From a virus (Duplodnaviria > Caudoviricetes), in the IMG/VR virus record IMGVR_UViG_3300035670_000211, positions 1 to 62,132 of that record: 62,132 nt of DNA; one strand, 5' to 3'. The first letter of the stretch is position 1; each line of letters opens with the position of its first letter. Positions 17,945 to 28,296 of this stretch are shown piece after piece. The notes beneath the pieces were generated by a model, which searched no databases, was not told the origin of the DNA, and was given only the letters and a program-made list of their open reading frames with translations. A program made the translations under genes and the position numbers.

Positions 17945-20719
17945 CTACTCTTTTAAAGCGTCAACACTTAACGGTGTCATATCGTCTTTAATTCTGTTTA
18001 TACTTGAATACAATTGGTACGGATTTTGATCGGGAATATCTACCGTAGAATAATTAAATGTAATGCTTGAAAAAGAAAAATCTTTTTCAGATTTGCTAGA
18101 GATAACAATATCTACAAGCAAGAAAGGGAATTTATAAGAAGTATTAATAACCTTACTATCGATGGACGGACTATCTATTTTAATTTTTTCTTTATTAAAA
18201 ATATCTCCAACACTTAATGTTCTTAAGTCTTGCGAAAGTTTAACATTGTTCCACTCGATAATTTTATGACCGGCTTCGTTATAACCAACAACTTCGATAT
18301 CTACGTCTGACTTATGATTCCTATTATAGAACAAGGTAACGTTATCAAGAAGTTTAAACATTTTTGGTTTTTCAAGATCAGTTGATTTTAATCGTATTCT
18401 ACATTCGTATACTTTATCGAAGTCTGTGTAAATCCCGGCATTTAATGTAACAAGATTGTCGTTAAATAAATAAACTGGATTATTGTTTAAGTAAAACAAA
18501 TGTCTTGCGTTAAATAATGGAGACTCGTCTCTTAGCCAAGAGAAATAAATTTTGTTATTAAAGTTTTGATACATTTTGTAATAAAGCTTTAGCTTCATGG
18601 CTGGCCTTACTTGAATGACTTGATCTTCTTCTAAGATGTTTTTTTCTGGCCACATTAAAGCGTAGTAATCTCCGGTAACTTCTGATACACAGTTATTATC
18701 TTCCCAAGGCGCATCAAAGTAATCTGTACTTTTTTTGACTTTATCATTGGCTGAATAAACAGCAACGCGATCTTTATCTAACTCAGGGGCTTGAATAAAA
18801 TAAAGCGTGTCAAAAAATTTAAAGAACAATAAATTTTCTGCAACTTGAATTGTATCCGGGTTATCTGATGAAATAGACGGTGCAATTGTTTTTCTTCGAT
18901 ACGGAGAATAGAATTGATCAGAGTCTACATCATCACCATTTCCTTGGATTAAATGAATCGATCCTCCGACTCCTTTACTGTACGCAAAAGAAATAATAAA
19001 TCCAGCAAAGTATACAACCTTAATAAGTGCTTCGTTTTTATTTGTTTTAAACGATAAACCCCCACGTAAACCAATGTAGTTTGGATTATCAATAACCGTT
19101 TTAAACCATTCACCAGAGTTATAATCATCATCATAAAAACAAAACTTATTACCATCACTGAATATTTTTTTGCAGCTTTGAATTGTTTTAAATAATGAAT
19201 TAATTTCTAATCCCGTATCATAAATTACACTAGAAGCTTGTCCGAAGTAATTACCAGAAACTCGATCAACTTTAAAGTCTAATATTTTTTTATTTTCTTC
19301 ATCAATAAGTTCTTCGTAAACATATTGTACGGTTTCTGTTTCTGTCGGATTAGCTTGAATTTCAAAATTTTTTCCAAAGCTTACTCGGTATTTATATTTG
19401 TCTGCATCATCTACAACAATATACGAGTAATCAATTTTAATTGCCGAAGGACTTCCATCTTCATTTACTGTTGCCCAAACGTTTTCTTCGAAACGTGTAA
19501 CGACAACCCATTGATTGTTAACTAATTTTTCCCATCTGAAATAATATTCAGAGATATCTTCGTTACCTGCAATAGTCATAATGGGTTTAAGAATAAATTT
19601 ATTTTGACCATTAACTTTGAAATATAATGGAACCAAAGCGCTAATGCTTGTAATTGCTTGATTCGTTTCTGTATCCAAACAAAACTCTGGATAGGGCGAT
19701 AGGTAGTTTAACCCTATAGAATTTTGAACAATACCGTTTAAAAGTTTTGGCGGCATAACATAAGCTAATAGTTCTCCGCCTTCGTCAGAATATATTTCAA
19801 CAATTCGCGTACCTGTAGCTAAATAAAATTTATTGTTGAATGTTGCGCCTTCGATTTTCTTTTTGTTTTGGAAGCGCATTTCAAAATCAACTTCGCTAGA
19901 TGCTTTGACGAAGTCACTATCAATGGTAATGTCTACGTTATTAATAACAATGTGATAGTTTAAGCAAATGTAATACGATCCATCTTTTTCTACAATCATA
20001 TCTTTGTTATAATAAATTGTTTTTGGATTCCACGTATTAATCGTATTTGGATCCACTTCGTAAATAGTTCCAATGCCGGATGTAATATCTTCCCAAAAAT
20101 CTGTGTTAACTCCTGGCGTAATGTAAGAAATTAAATATGTCTCTGTTTCATTAATATAGCGGTAATACTCATTATCTGCAAAGAAGTATTGATCGTTCGT
20201 AATATATATTCCTTCTTCTAATTCATAGTAGTCTCCGATAAATTCAAGATCATCGTTTTCTTTTGTAACAAATCCATTGTGAAAACCGTTTTGTGGTTCG
20301 AATCCTTTTGAGTAAAGTGTCAAGCCTTTAGTAAGGTTTAATGGGTTATGAACTAATCCTATTTCTGTTTTGTAAAATTTAATAGGTAACAATTCTAAAT
20401 CGATGGTTCCGCTATCGGAATAAAGCCCGTAATAAAGCTTGCCGTCTGCTGCAACAATAATGTAACTTGACGTTGATGTGAAAAGAAAAATGCCTTGAAT
20501 GTTTTTTAATATTTCTGGAGAGTTTAATCTTGACAAAACTTTTGCACCTTGTCTTTTAACAATGGTTCCAGATTTATAATCTACGTTTAGTGTATCTCTT
20601 AATTCGTTTGGAAATAATTGTTCGTCTCCAAAGTCTGTATTCATTCCACCAAAAAAAGAATTATAAGTTACTGGTTCATCAACCATCAACAAAGGATACT
20701 TTTGTATTTTTGCTGGCAT
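17945..20719 (-). CDS. podovirus tail nozzle / tubular protein B (P22 gp10-like)
   Basis: N-terminal F.GGMNT...N.....G.IVKR.G; beta-rich; follows the adaptor gene. Confidence 0.75.
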   Translation of the reverse strand: MPAKIQKYPLLMVDEPVTYNSFFGGMNTDFGDEQLFPNELRDTLNVDYKSGTIVKRQGAKVLSRLNSPEILKNIQGIFLFTSTSSYIIVAADGKLYYGLYSDSGTIDLELLPIKFYKTEIGLVHNPLNLTKGLTLYSKGFEPQNGFHNGFVTKENDDLEFIGDYYELEEGIYITNDQYFFADNEYYRYINETETYLISYITPGVNTDFWEDITSGIGTIYEVDPNTINTWNPKTIYYNKDMIVEKDGSYYICLNYHIVINNVDITIDSDFVKASSEVDFEMRFQNKKKIEGATFNNKFYLATGTRIVEIYSDEGGELLAYVMPPKLLNGIVQNSIGLNYLSPYPEFCLDTETNQAITSISALVPLYFKVNGQNKFILKPIMTIAGNEDISEYYFRWEKLVNNQWVVVTRFEENVWATVNEDGSPSAIKIDYSYIVVDDADKYKYRVSFGKNFEIQANPTETETVQYVYEELIDEENKKILDFKVDRVSGNYFGQASSVIYDTGLEINSLFKTIQSCKKIFSDGNKFCFYDDDYNSGEWFKTVIDNPNYIGLRGGLSFKTNKNEALIKVVYFAGFIISFAYSKGVGGSIHLIQGNGDDVDSDQFYSPYRRKTIAPSISSDNPDTIQVAENLLFFKFFDTLYFIQAPELDKDRVAVYSANDKVKKSTDYFDAPWEDNNCVSEVTGDYYALMWPEKNILEEDQVIQVRPAMKLKLYYKMYQNFNNKIYFSWLRDESPLFNARHLFYLNNNPVYLFNDNLVTLNAGIYTDFDKVYECRIRLKSTDLEKPKMFKLLDNVTLFYNRNHKSDVDIEVVGYNEAGHKIIEWNNVKLSQDLRTLSVGDIFNKEKIKIDSPSIDSKVINTSYKFPFLLVDIVISSKSEKDFSFSSITFNYSTVDIPDQNPYQLYSSINRIKDDMTPLSVDALKE

Positions 20720-20721
20720 GG

Positions 20722-21420
20722 TTATTCCTCTACGTGAACAATAGCGTCTTCTTCGAAGAACTCATCTTCGTAAGCAAGCTCGTGTGTAATATCCTCTACA
20801 TAATATTTATATTGGTTTAAATACATTTGTACTTTTTCTGTATCTTTCATAAACCGTCCATAATAAAAATACGCTGCATAAAACACTAATGCGTCTTCAA
20901 ATTCTTCTCTGATATCAATCTCTACGTTTTCTAAATTTTCTTCATCGGAAACATTTGAAATTGTTGGAGCAACAAGTCTAGAATAAAATCCAAATTTAAA
21001 ATCAACAAGATCGCCGAGCTCTAAGTCCCATTCGATAATTAAACGATCATCTTTAATAAAGAAGACGGCGCGATGTGGACCTAACCAGGTTCTAAATCTT
21101 CCCATGTAATAATTTTTTTGTACATTTGGATTACTCAAAGAATATCTTTTAGCAACAACGCCAAACGCTGGCAAGAAAATTTTTGTATATAACACTTTTC
21201 TGATTTGAGCAACAGGTATTTTAATTTCTAAAAACCCAACTTCATTTGTAATGATATCTTCGGATGCTAAAGAAGTTAGAGTTATTTCCTTAAATAAACG
21301 ATAACCCCTTGATGTTAAATCTGCCATGCAGTTCGAAACAGCAGTCTGTAAAGAACCCAAGGTAACAACATCTAGTCCTGTGGTTTCCACAACGCGTTCA
21401 TATAATTCTTTTAATTTCAT
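20722..21420 (-). CDS. head-tail adaptor / tubular protein A-like
   Basis: MKLKELYERV... and C-terminal EFEDALVFYAAY; located between capsid and nozzle genes. Confidence 0.65.
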   Translation of the reverse strand: MKLKELYERVVETTGLDVVTLGSLQTAVSNCMADLTSRGYRLFKEITLTSLASEDIITNEVGFLEIKIPVAQIRKVLYTKIFLPAFGVVAKRYSLSNPNVQKNYYMGRFRTWLGPHRAVFFIKDDRLIIEWDLELGDLVDFKFGFYSRLVAPTISNVSDEENLENVEIDIREEFEDALVFYAAYFYYGRFMKDTEKVQMYLNQYKYYVEDITHELAYEDEFFEEDAIVHVEE

Positions 21421-21791
21421 ACTTTGGTACCAATGGTCCTTTCAACGATTTTTAAAGCAGAGTTTTCATTCAATCGTTTTTCTTCTGCTTCTTCTAATCG
21501 GTAATTTATTTTTTCTCTCTTGTCTTGTACTTCATACATAAACTTTTTCAAGTTGTTTGCTTTAAAATCATTAACAAGAAATCCATTTAACATTTCTTTT
21601 TCTAAAGAAACATTTAACGAAATACAATTGATCTTAAAGTTTTCAACGGAATGAAGTTCATAACTTCCTTTTATTACGTTATATGCAATAAAAATATCTC
21701 CGTTAGTTAATTCTAACATACGGTCAGATATCTTGTTTTTGTTAAAGTATCTAAGTTCTGTTTGATAACGAATCACTTGTTTATAATTCAT
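21417..21791 (-). CDS. hypothetical protein
   Basis: 124 aa after the capsid terminator; TATAAT just upstream of ATG (leaderless). Confidence 0.7.
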   Translation of the reverse strand: MNYKQVIRYQTELRYFNKNKISDRMLELTNGDIFIAYNVIKGSYELHSVENFKINCISLNVSLEKEMLNGFLVNDFKANNLKKFMYEVQDKREKINYRLEEAEEKRLNENSALKIVERTIGTKV

Positions 21792-21805
21792 AAAACAATT
21801 ATAAC

Positions 21806-21835
21806 AAAAAAGCCCGCTATTATCTAGCGAGCTTT
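21806..21835 (-). terminator. intrinsic terminator after major capsid gene
   Basis: AAAGCTCGCTA/TAGCGGGCTTT followed by TTT. Confidence 0.85.
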
Positions 21836-21856
21836 AGTGTTATTCAGGTTTAGTTA

Positions 21857-23452
21857 TTATTCAACAACTTCAACAGTGAATAATGGGTTAGCAGCGGTAT
21901 TGGCAACTTTGACAGTACCTTGATCCCATGTGACATTTTCACCAACGCCTGGGGTCTTCGCGTTCAAGATGATTGCGTGAGCTCTCCATGCATCGAGATA
22001 CATATCAGCATACTTGTTCATGATACCTTCATAAAGTTCGGTACCAGGACGGCGTTGTAACACGCCTTCTTTTTCACCATTGGTAATCCAGGTGAAGTCA
22101 CGACGGACAAGTTCTCCGACTTTAGCAGTGTCTAACATGTAGACATTGTTATCGCGAGCATACTTATCTTTGACTAAGGTAAAGTTATCAAACTTGATAT
22201 CAGCACGTCCACCTAATTGGAAACCAGTACCAGCGGTATCTAACGAGTATTGTTTGAATTGGTACAATGCACGTTCAACCGAAGAAATAATACGGTGAGT
22301 AGAAGCAACAAGGTTAATACCGGTAGCTTCTGGCGAAGTTAACATAATGTGATCCGACATATCGCGGAGAATTTCTTCCGTGAGATATTGGGTTCCACCT
22401 AAATCGAGTTGGGTGTTTTGAAGCGAGCTATAAAGGCTTCGATCAACGCCGAATAAGACAGTGTCGTTTTCAACTAAGATATCATGTAAACCATGGTATT
22501 CCGGTTGGACGGCGCCATCATCAACGATTTGACGGGAGTAGACTTTGATACCACCTAAGACAGCGGTAACGCTAGCCGGGGTAACAACGTTAGCCCAAGA
22601 ACCAAGCGTAGGTTCAGTTGCGGCTTCTGGGAACGAAACAGTTCGTTCGATGACTTTTTCGGCAATAAAGATAACCACTTCATCGTGGATACCAGCATTG
22701 GATTTTTGCCAGATACGTCCGATCCAACGGGTATCTTTAGCATTTGCAATACCAGCAGCGTATGGGGTGGCAGGACGAACAGCTAATTGTTCGATCATTA
22801 ATCCCATACCAGGAAGCACGGAGTGCGAGTTTGCCATTTTGAAACGGAAAATTTTAACACCCGAACCTGTGTAGAATTCGTTGTGTTCCGAACCACGAGC
22901 GTAGTTAGGACGTGCACCAGCACCAACTAAGTCTTGGAAAGACATGAAGACACCAGTAGAAATTTCTTGCGTAATTCCACCGATAATACCACTTGCACCA
23001 CCATACGTGAAACGTTGGAGAGTGTGTTTGATATTCATTTGCATACGGTCGAGAGAGTCTTTAACAACATCTAAGAGCGAACCGTCGCCTGTACCTTTTA
23101 AGATTGCTTCGTCAGTAACGGCAAAGGTGGCCATTAATTTGACGGTGTCGAATTCAGCTTCAACCGTTTCAACACCTTTGTTGAAAAATTGATCGAAACC
23201 TAATTCGTAACGATCCGCAGATGCTCCCATCGCGCGAACGTTATCGGTAATACCTAAAGCAAATGCTTTATACTTTTTCTTACCGGAGATTGTGTCTTTG
23301 GAAAGCTTGTTGATTAAAGCTTCCATGACTGAGAATTCGTTGCGAAGACCTTCTTGATATTCGAGTTTTAAGAAGTCTTCAATTACGTTTTTGCTGCTAA
23401 AGGCCAAGTCCATTGAAAGACCGGACGTTACAGCGTTTGGTGTGTAAGCCAT
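21857..23452 (-). CDS. major capsid protein
   Basis: follows portal and scaffold; strong RBS, biased codons, terminator; DRMQ..IK..LQR.TYG.ASG, GL..I and FGVDRS.Y patterns. Confidence 0.85.
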   Translation of the reverse strand: MAYTPNAVTSGLSMDLAFSSKNVIEDFLKLEYQEGLRNEFSVMEALINKLSKDTISGKKKYKAFALGITDNVRAMGASADRYELGFDQFFNKGVETVEAEFDTVKLMATFAVTDEAILKGTGDGSLLDVVKDSLDRMQMNIKHTLQRFTYGGASGIIGGITQEISTGVFMSFQDLVGAGARPNYARGSEHNEFYTGSGVKIFRFKMANSHSVLPGMGLMIEQLAVRPATPYAAGIANAKDTRWIGRIWQKSNAGIHDEVVIFIAEKVIERTVSFPEAATEPTLGSWANVVTPASVTAVLGGIKVYSRQIVDDGAVQPEYHGLHDILVENDTVLFGVDRSLYSSLQNTQLDLGGTQYLTEEILRDMSDHIMLTSPEATGINLVASTHRIISSVERALYQFKQYSLDTAGTGFQLGGRADIKFDNFTLVKDKYARDNNVYMLDTAKVGELVRRDFTWITNGEKEGVLQRRPGTELYEGIMNKYADMYLDAWRAHAIILNAKTPGVGENVTWDQGTVKVANTAANPLFTVEVVE

Positions 23453-23479
23453 GATTGTTTCCTCCTAAGAAACATTAAT

Positions 23480-24100
23480 TTATTGGAACTTATTTCTGCC
23501 TACATTATTAAATTTTGTTTTTAATGCAGCGAAAGCATCTTTGGTATCTTTAACCTGTAGGCCATTATCTGGTAGCGTACCACTAGTTCCGTCTTGTGGT
23601 GAAATGGTAGGCGCTAATGCTTTAATTGCTTGTTCGTTTGCCGTTGCAACCACACTACTATTTGTTTCAGGTGTACTGGTAGGAGCTCCAGCCTTGCCTA
23701 CTTGATGTAAAGCGTGATCTTTATTTTTAACTGCACGACCATACATGAGATCAAACGCGTCAACTACAAAGTTAACTGTCGTATTTTCTTTTCGCATGTT
23801 TTTATCTAAGAATGCAATTAAGTCTGGATAGACTGCTTCGAATTCTTTAATCGGATAAAAACGTTTGATTTCTAATACCGCTTCTTCGATTGTATCGATT
23901 CGCATTTTTCGTTCAATGTATTTTTGAACCGTTGGATCTACAGCTTGAGCACTTGGTTGAGGCTGCGCATTGCTCACTTGAGCGCGACTAGCTTCTAACT
24001 TAGTGATATAGCTATTTTGATCCGCTACTTGTTTCTCTCTCTTTTCGAGTTCCTTTTTCAAGGTCTCAAATTTGGCTTCTAATTCTTCGACTGTTGGCAT
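23480..24100 (-). CDS. capsid scaffolding protein
   Basis: coiled-coil N-terminus, low-complexity C-terminus, between portal and capsid genes. Confidence 0.7.
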   Translation of the reverse strand: MPTVEELEAKFETLKKELEKREKQVADQNSYITKLEASRAQVSNAQPQPSAQAVDPTVQKYIERKMRIDTIEEAVLEIKRFYPIKEFEAVYPDLIAFLDKNMRKENTTVNFVVDAFDLMYGRAVKNKDHALHQVGKAGAPTSTPETNSSVVATANEQAIKALAPTISPQDGTSGTLPDNGLQVKDTKDAFAALKTKFNNVGRNKFQ

Positions 24101-24130
24101 AATTTACCTCCCTAGAGCTGTTTTGCTTTA

Positions 24131-26074
24131 TTAACCTTGGCCCTCGTCGAGCTGTGCTAATGCATTCTTGGCTTCTTGTAAACCCGCCTGGCTTTGTGGG
24201 GAATTCATGGATTGTTCCGCTGCCATCTTTTGATGTTGCTCTATGTGCATAGCTAGCGCATCCATTAAAGCTGCGTACTTCTTTGGATTTTCTTGCTTAA
24301 GCTTTCTAATTTCGGGAGAGATTCGAAACAAGTTATGCTCAGCAATATGCTGACCATGGTTATGGAAGTCTTCCACTTGGGGAACTTCCGTACCATAAAG
24401 CATCGTTAGGTTTTCTTCATCTACCAAATCGTGTGTCGCTCTCTCCATTGGGTCCAATGTATCTTGAAGATAGTTGGCTCTCATTGAATTAAGCAACTCA
24501 ATTTTAGCTTTGTAAGACATACCTGTGTTAGGTGCGTAAACACCAAGCCCCATTGCTTGCTGCATTTTTTTGTCAACAACTTGATCACTTTGCATCAAGA
24601 ATTCCTTGTTTACAATCGTGAGTGTGTCGGCAGAAACGCCTTGCAAGCTATATTGAAAAGCCGAGTTATCGACTTTTGCAACCTTAAGTTGATCGTGCAA
24701 AATCCTTTCGCGATCTTGCTCGAGATAAATAACTTTCTTAAAGACTTTAATTAAAGCTTCAGATAAGTTATCCAGTGCGTTGACTAATTTGTTTTCATCG
24801 GATTCAGTTAGTTTATCAACGACACCATCGGTACGTAAGTTCCCACGTGACATACCGTATGCAGTGATTTGTGACAATCCTGCTGCTACAAGCATATCAT
24901 CTTCTAACGTTCTTAGATAATTTATAAATTCCGCAGAAAGCTTATCTTTCATAACAGGAACAGGTTGTCTTGCGTTTCTTTTTAAGCCAATAAGCTTACC
25001 AGGTTTAGTAGAAAAACTATTTTTGTTAATCAAAGATCCTTCCCAATAATACATTTGCCCAATGGCAATATGATTTACATATTCGAGATAACGGTTTTTA
25101 ACTGCGTTGTAAGTTTCTTGGATTGGAATAATTTGTTGATATACTGTAACACCAACAGTATGGTGCGGCACGGTTTGCAAAGCAACAAAATCAAATGGTA
25201 TTTTTCTTTTGTTTTCTTTATCATTGACAAACGGAAGTACGTCATCCCACAACACTTTTTCGTTGCAAACGATAATATACCTACCGTTTGGATATAAAGC
25301 ATCTGGCTTTTTATAATACTCGTAGATGTATGCGTATTCTAAATCTGTGCTAGCCAAGTAACCAATGTCAGAATATTTTGGATACGTTGGTAAGTTAAAC
25401 TCTTCAATGTCTTCTTTCTGCGCATCGAAACCCCAACGTTTTTTAATATACTCTAATGGGAATGGTCTACGGTGAACAAGTTCGTTAACTTCGTCCATTG
25501 ATTCAATGTGCCAATTGTTAATAAATATTTCGTGTAAAGGAACAGGCAAAACAAAAACCTTTCCTTCTTTAACTTTCATTTGGCCTTTTTCGCCACTACC
25601 AGTTTCAATTTCAACTTGAGCAATTTCTGCACCATCTGACCAATCAATTCCAGTTTTAAACCATTCTAAACCATATACATCTGCATGTTTAACAGCTAAG
25701 TTATATTTATCTTTAAAGTTTGTTGAAGAAATAAAAGAAAGCAAAAATGAATTTACCTTTCTAGAATCTTCAACTTCTTTTGCTGAGTTACTAATAGGCT
25801 TTAATCCCGGCACTGGCATGTTTGCCGTAAGGATTCCATAGCGGGTTAAATAAATTGGCAAGATGCGATTAAAAATTTTCTTTTCCGTGTAAATAGAAGG
25901 ATCAACATTTTTATCTTCGATTGTCAGAGTGCGATTGTTAATCTTTTTATTTTGTCTTCCTTTGATAAATTCGTTGTTATATTTACCTTGAGCAACAAAA
26001 GGACGAAGGTGTGTAGTACTATCGTCGACAAAGTTTCGGATGTAGGTTGGAATAGATCGGGTCTTTTTAATCAC
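24131..26074 (-). CDS. portal protein
   Basis: 647 aa; FNRILP, IIPIQETYN, Q-rich tail; P22-like portal layout downstream of TerL. Confidence 0.85.
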   Translation of the reverse strand: MIKKTRSIPTYIRNFVDDSTTHLRPFVAQGKYNNEFIKGRQNKKINNRTLTIEDKNVDPSIYTEKKIFNRILPIYLTRYGILTANMPVPGLKPISNSAKEVEDSRKVNSFLLSFISSTNFKDKYNLAVKHADVYGLEWFKTGIDWSDGAEIAQVEIETGSGEKGQMKVKEGKVFVLPVPLHEIFINNWHIESMDEVNELVHRRPFPLEYIKKRWGFDAQKEDIEEFNLPTYPKYSDIGYLASTDLEYAYIYEYYKKPDALYPNGRYIIVCNEKVLWDDVLPFVNDKENKRKIPFDFVALQTVPHHTVGVTVYQQIIPIQETYNAVKNRYLEYVNHIAIGQMYYWEGSLINKNSFSTKPGKLIGLKRNARQPVPVMKDKLSAEFINYLRTLEDDMLVAAGLSQITAYGMSRGNLRTDGVVDKLTESDENKLVNALDNLSEALIKVFKKVIYLEQDRERILHDQLKVAKVDNSAFQYSLQGVSADTLTIVNKEFLMQSDQVVDKKMQQAMGLGVYAPNTGMSYKAKIELLNSMRANYLQDTLDPMERATHDLVDEENLTMLYGTEVPQVEDFHNHGQHIAEHNLFRISPEIRKLKQENPKKYAALMDALAMHIEQHQKMAAEQSMNSPQSQAGLQEAKNALAQLDEGQG

Positions 26075-26089
26075 AGAAAACCCTCCTCA

Positions 26090-26389
26090 CTATAGATCGT
26101 TTTCGTTTTGTTGAACTTCTTCTGAATACTTATAAGGGTCAAAAGGTTCTTCATTTGTTTGTTCAGGTGTCTTTGGTAACGGTGCTTCCGGAGAACCACT
26201 GCTTCGAATCCAAGATTCTAACTCTGCCATAGTAAGTCTTTCTTTTTCTTGAGACTCTTTGGCTAAAAGAAGAAGTCTTTTGTTAACTTCGTTGACCATT
26301 AACATCTGGTTATATATTACTATAGAAAGGGCGATTATCGAGGTGATTGCTAAAGCAACAATACTAATTGTTAAGATAATCATTTCCAT
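26090..26389 (-). CDS. small protein with N-terminal TM helix
   Basis: 99 aa; ~25 hydrophobic residues at the N-terminus. Confidence 0.7.
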   Translation of the reverse strand: MEMIILTISIVALAITSIIALSIVIYNQMLMVNEVNKRLLLLAKESQEKERLTMAELESWIRSSGSPEAPLPKTPEQTNEEPFDPYKYSEEVQQNENDL

Positions 26390-26682
26390 TCTACTTCACC
26401 CGGCTCAACTGGTTTCTTTGGATCTTTCTTTATTTTTGTTTTTTCTTTTTTAGGTTCTTCTTGTTTTTTATTTAAATCAATTACTTTAATTTTTAAATAT
26501 TTTTCTAAAAGCTCGACACTGTTTAACAAAGCAGTTCTTAATACAACTGAGTTCATTGTCATAATCAAATCTCTACTAAACTCTGTTGTAAAAACTAAGT
26601 CTGGATAAGTGTAATCTGGTGAACCTACAATGACTGCTACTTTTCTTGCTGCTACTTCTGTTGCTGGTTTAATTTTAAACAT
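26380..26682 (-). CDS. hypothetical protein
   Basis: 100 aa; AAGGAG RBS. Confidence 0.7.
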   Translation of the reverse strand: MFKIKPATEVAARKVAVIVGSPDYTYPDLVFTTEFSRDLIMTMNSVVLRTALLNSVELLEKYLKIKVIDLNKKQEEPKKEKTKIKKDPKKPVEPGEVEWK

Positions 26683-26712
26683 TGATAAATGTTCTCCTTT
26701 TTATTTATTATA

Positions 26713-28296
26713 TTATAAATCGAACATGTTATCAACACTCATCTGCATTTCTTCTTCTTCTTGTTCTTCTAATTGTCTTTCGTCTTCTTCTAGCAACATT
26801 TGTAAATAAGATTTTTTAGGCTGCATATAAATTGATTCTATTCCTAAAGGTTCAATATCATCTGAGTAGTATATTAAAAACAAACCGTACGCATCGAGAG
26901 CATGGTCTTTACTTGCTCTTGCTAGTTGTGTTGGATCAACATCGTCATAAACAGCTTTGTCTAATTCGTCAATTAAGTTTTCGCAAGACTTGCTAATTCT
27001 AAATTTATAAACTCCATCTGAATTAACTAAGTTCATTGCGGAATGTATTTTGTCATAACGCATTTGAACTTTCCCTTTACCTGATTCCACTGATATAGGA
27101 CTTAACCCAGCTGCTTCAAAAACATCTGATTTTGTTTCTCCGATTACTCTTCCTTTTTCATCCCGATAACGATCACCTTGTCTAAACATATCATGAGGCA
27201 AACATGTTGCAACAATTTCCATACCTTCAGACTCTTTTGCGATTTCTTTTACAAAATCTTCAAAGACTAATTTTTGCCCATACATTTCTTTAAACGTAAC
27301 AATACGTTTATCAGGAAAAACTGCGTGCCATAAAGCGGAGTGATAAGATGGCTGGAATCCCCAGTCAATTGAAATATATACTTCGTAGTGTCCTTCCAAT
27401 CCGTTTAAATCTCTTTGGACAAAACGATCTTCTAGTCTTTGTTCTTCTTTCAAATCAAATACTTTTCCAGCAACAACATTCCAATTACCATACATATCCA
27501 TTTGTTTTTGATGTTCCGGCAATGCCATTAAGTTAGCAACATAGGATTCGTTTAAGAATGGATTGTCTTTATAAGAAGCAGGAATAAAACGAACATATCT
27601 TTTAATGACATGATTATCTTTTGGACTAATTACTTCTTCAACTTTATCTTTTGTTTGCGTCGGAGTAAAGTGTTCGTCGTATTTAATAACGGTCGGATCG
27701 ATAAATCTTTCTTTAACCCATGTGTGTCCAATACCACCAGGGTTACACCCGAAGACAACTTTGGTTGGAATCTTAATTGGTTTGCCCGTATACTTATTCA
27801 TAACTGTAGCGGAACGAACCATCGTTAACATATAGTCAATCGTACGTTCTTCGTGCTTGGTAACCTCGTCAACAATAAGATAGTGGAATTCCCACCCTTG
27901 TTTTTCTCTAGCTTCCGCATAAGATGCAACACGTTGTAGAGTTATGTAGCTTCCGTTAGGAAATACAATAGACCTACTAGGATACCAGCTCGATGACTTT
28001 TCTTTGTAATCGTAAAGCTGGACTCCTTGCGCATATTGTGGAAATAAGTTTGGCAACTTATCTAAGAAGGATTGTTTAACGGCGTCTAAGCTTTCGCGAA
28101 AGATTCCGATCTTTGCGCCTGGATATGTTTGAGCAAACATAAAAGCATCTGCTAAAGCCCCGGCTGATTTTCCAGAACCACGCGCTCCGCCGTATAAAAT
28201 AATCCAAAGATCTTCATAACTAACAGGAGCGTTATGTAAAAGCATTTGTTTTTGATGTGGTTTATAATTTGGTCTTACTGTAATTGTGCTAGGCAT
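26713..28296 (-). CDS. terL: terminase large subunit
   Basis: Q motif PHQKQ; Walker A GGARGSGKS; Walker B LIVDE; CNPGGIGHTWVKERF; nuclease SIDWG, DHALDA. Confidence 0.95.
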   Translation of the reverse strand: MPSTITVRPNYKPHQKQMLLHNAPVSYEDLWIILYGGARGSGKSAGALADAFMFAQTYPGAKIGIFRESLDAVKQSFLDKLPNLFPQYAQGVQLYDYKEKSSSWYPSRSIVFPNGSYITLQRVASYAEAREKQGWEFHYLIVDEVTKHEERTIDYMLTMVRSATVMNKYTGKPIKIPTKVVFGCNPGGIGHTWVKERFIDPTVIKYDEHFTPTQTKDKVEEVISPKDNHVIKRYVRFIPASYKDNPFLNESYVANLMALPEHQKQMDMYGNWNVVAGKVFDLKEEQRLEDRFVQRDLNGLEGHYEVYISIDWGFQPSYHSALWHAVFPDKRIVTFKEMYGQKLVFEDFVKEIAKESEGMEIVATCLPHDMFRQGDRYRDEKGRVIGETKSDVFEAAGLSPISVESGKGKVQMRYDKIHSAMNLVNSDGVYKFRISKSCENLIDELDKAVYDDVDPTQLARASKDHALDAYGLFLIYYSDDIEPLGIESIYMQPKKSYLQMLLEEDERQLEEQEEEEMQMSVDNMFDL

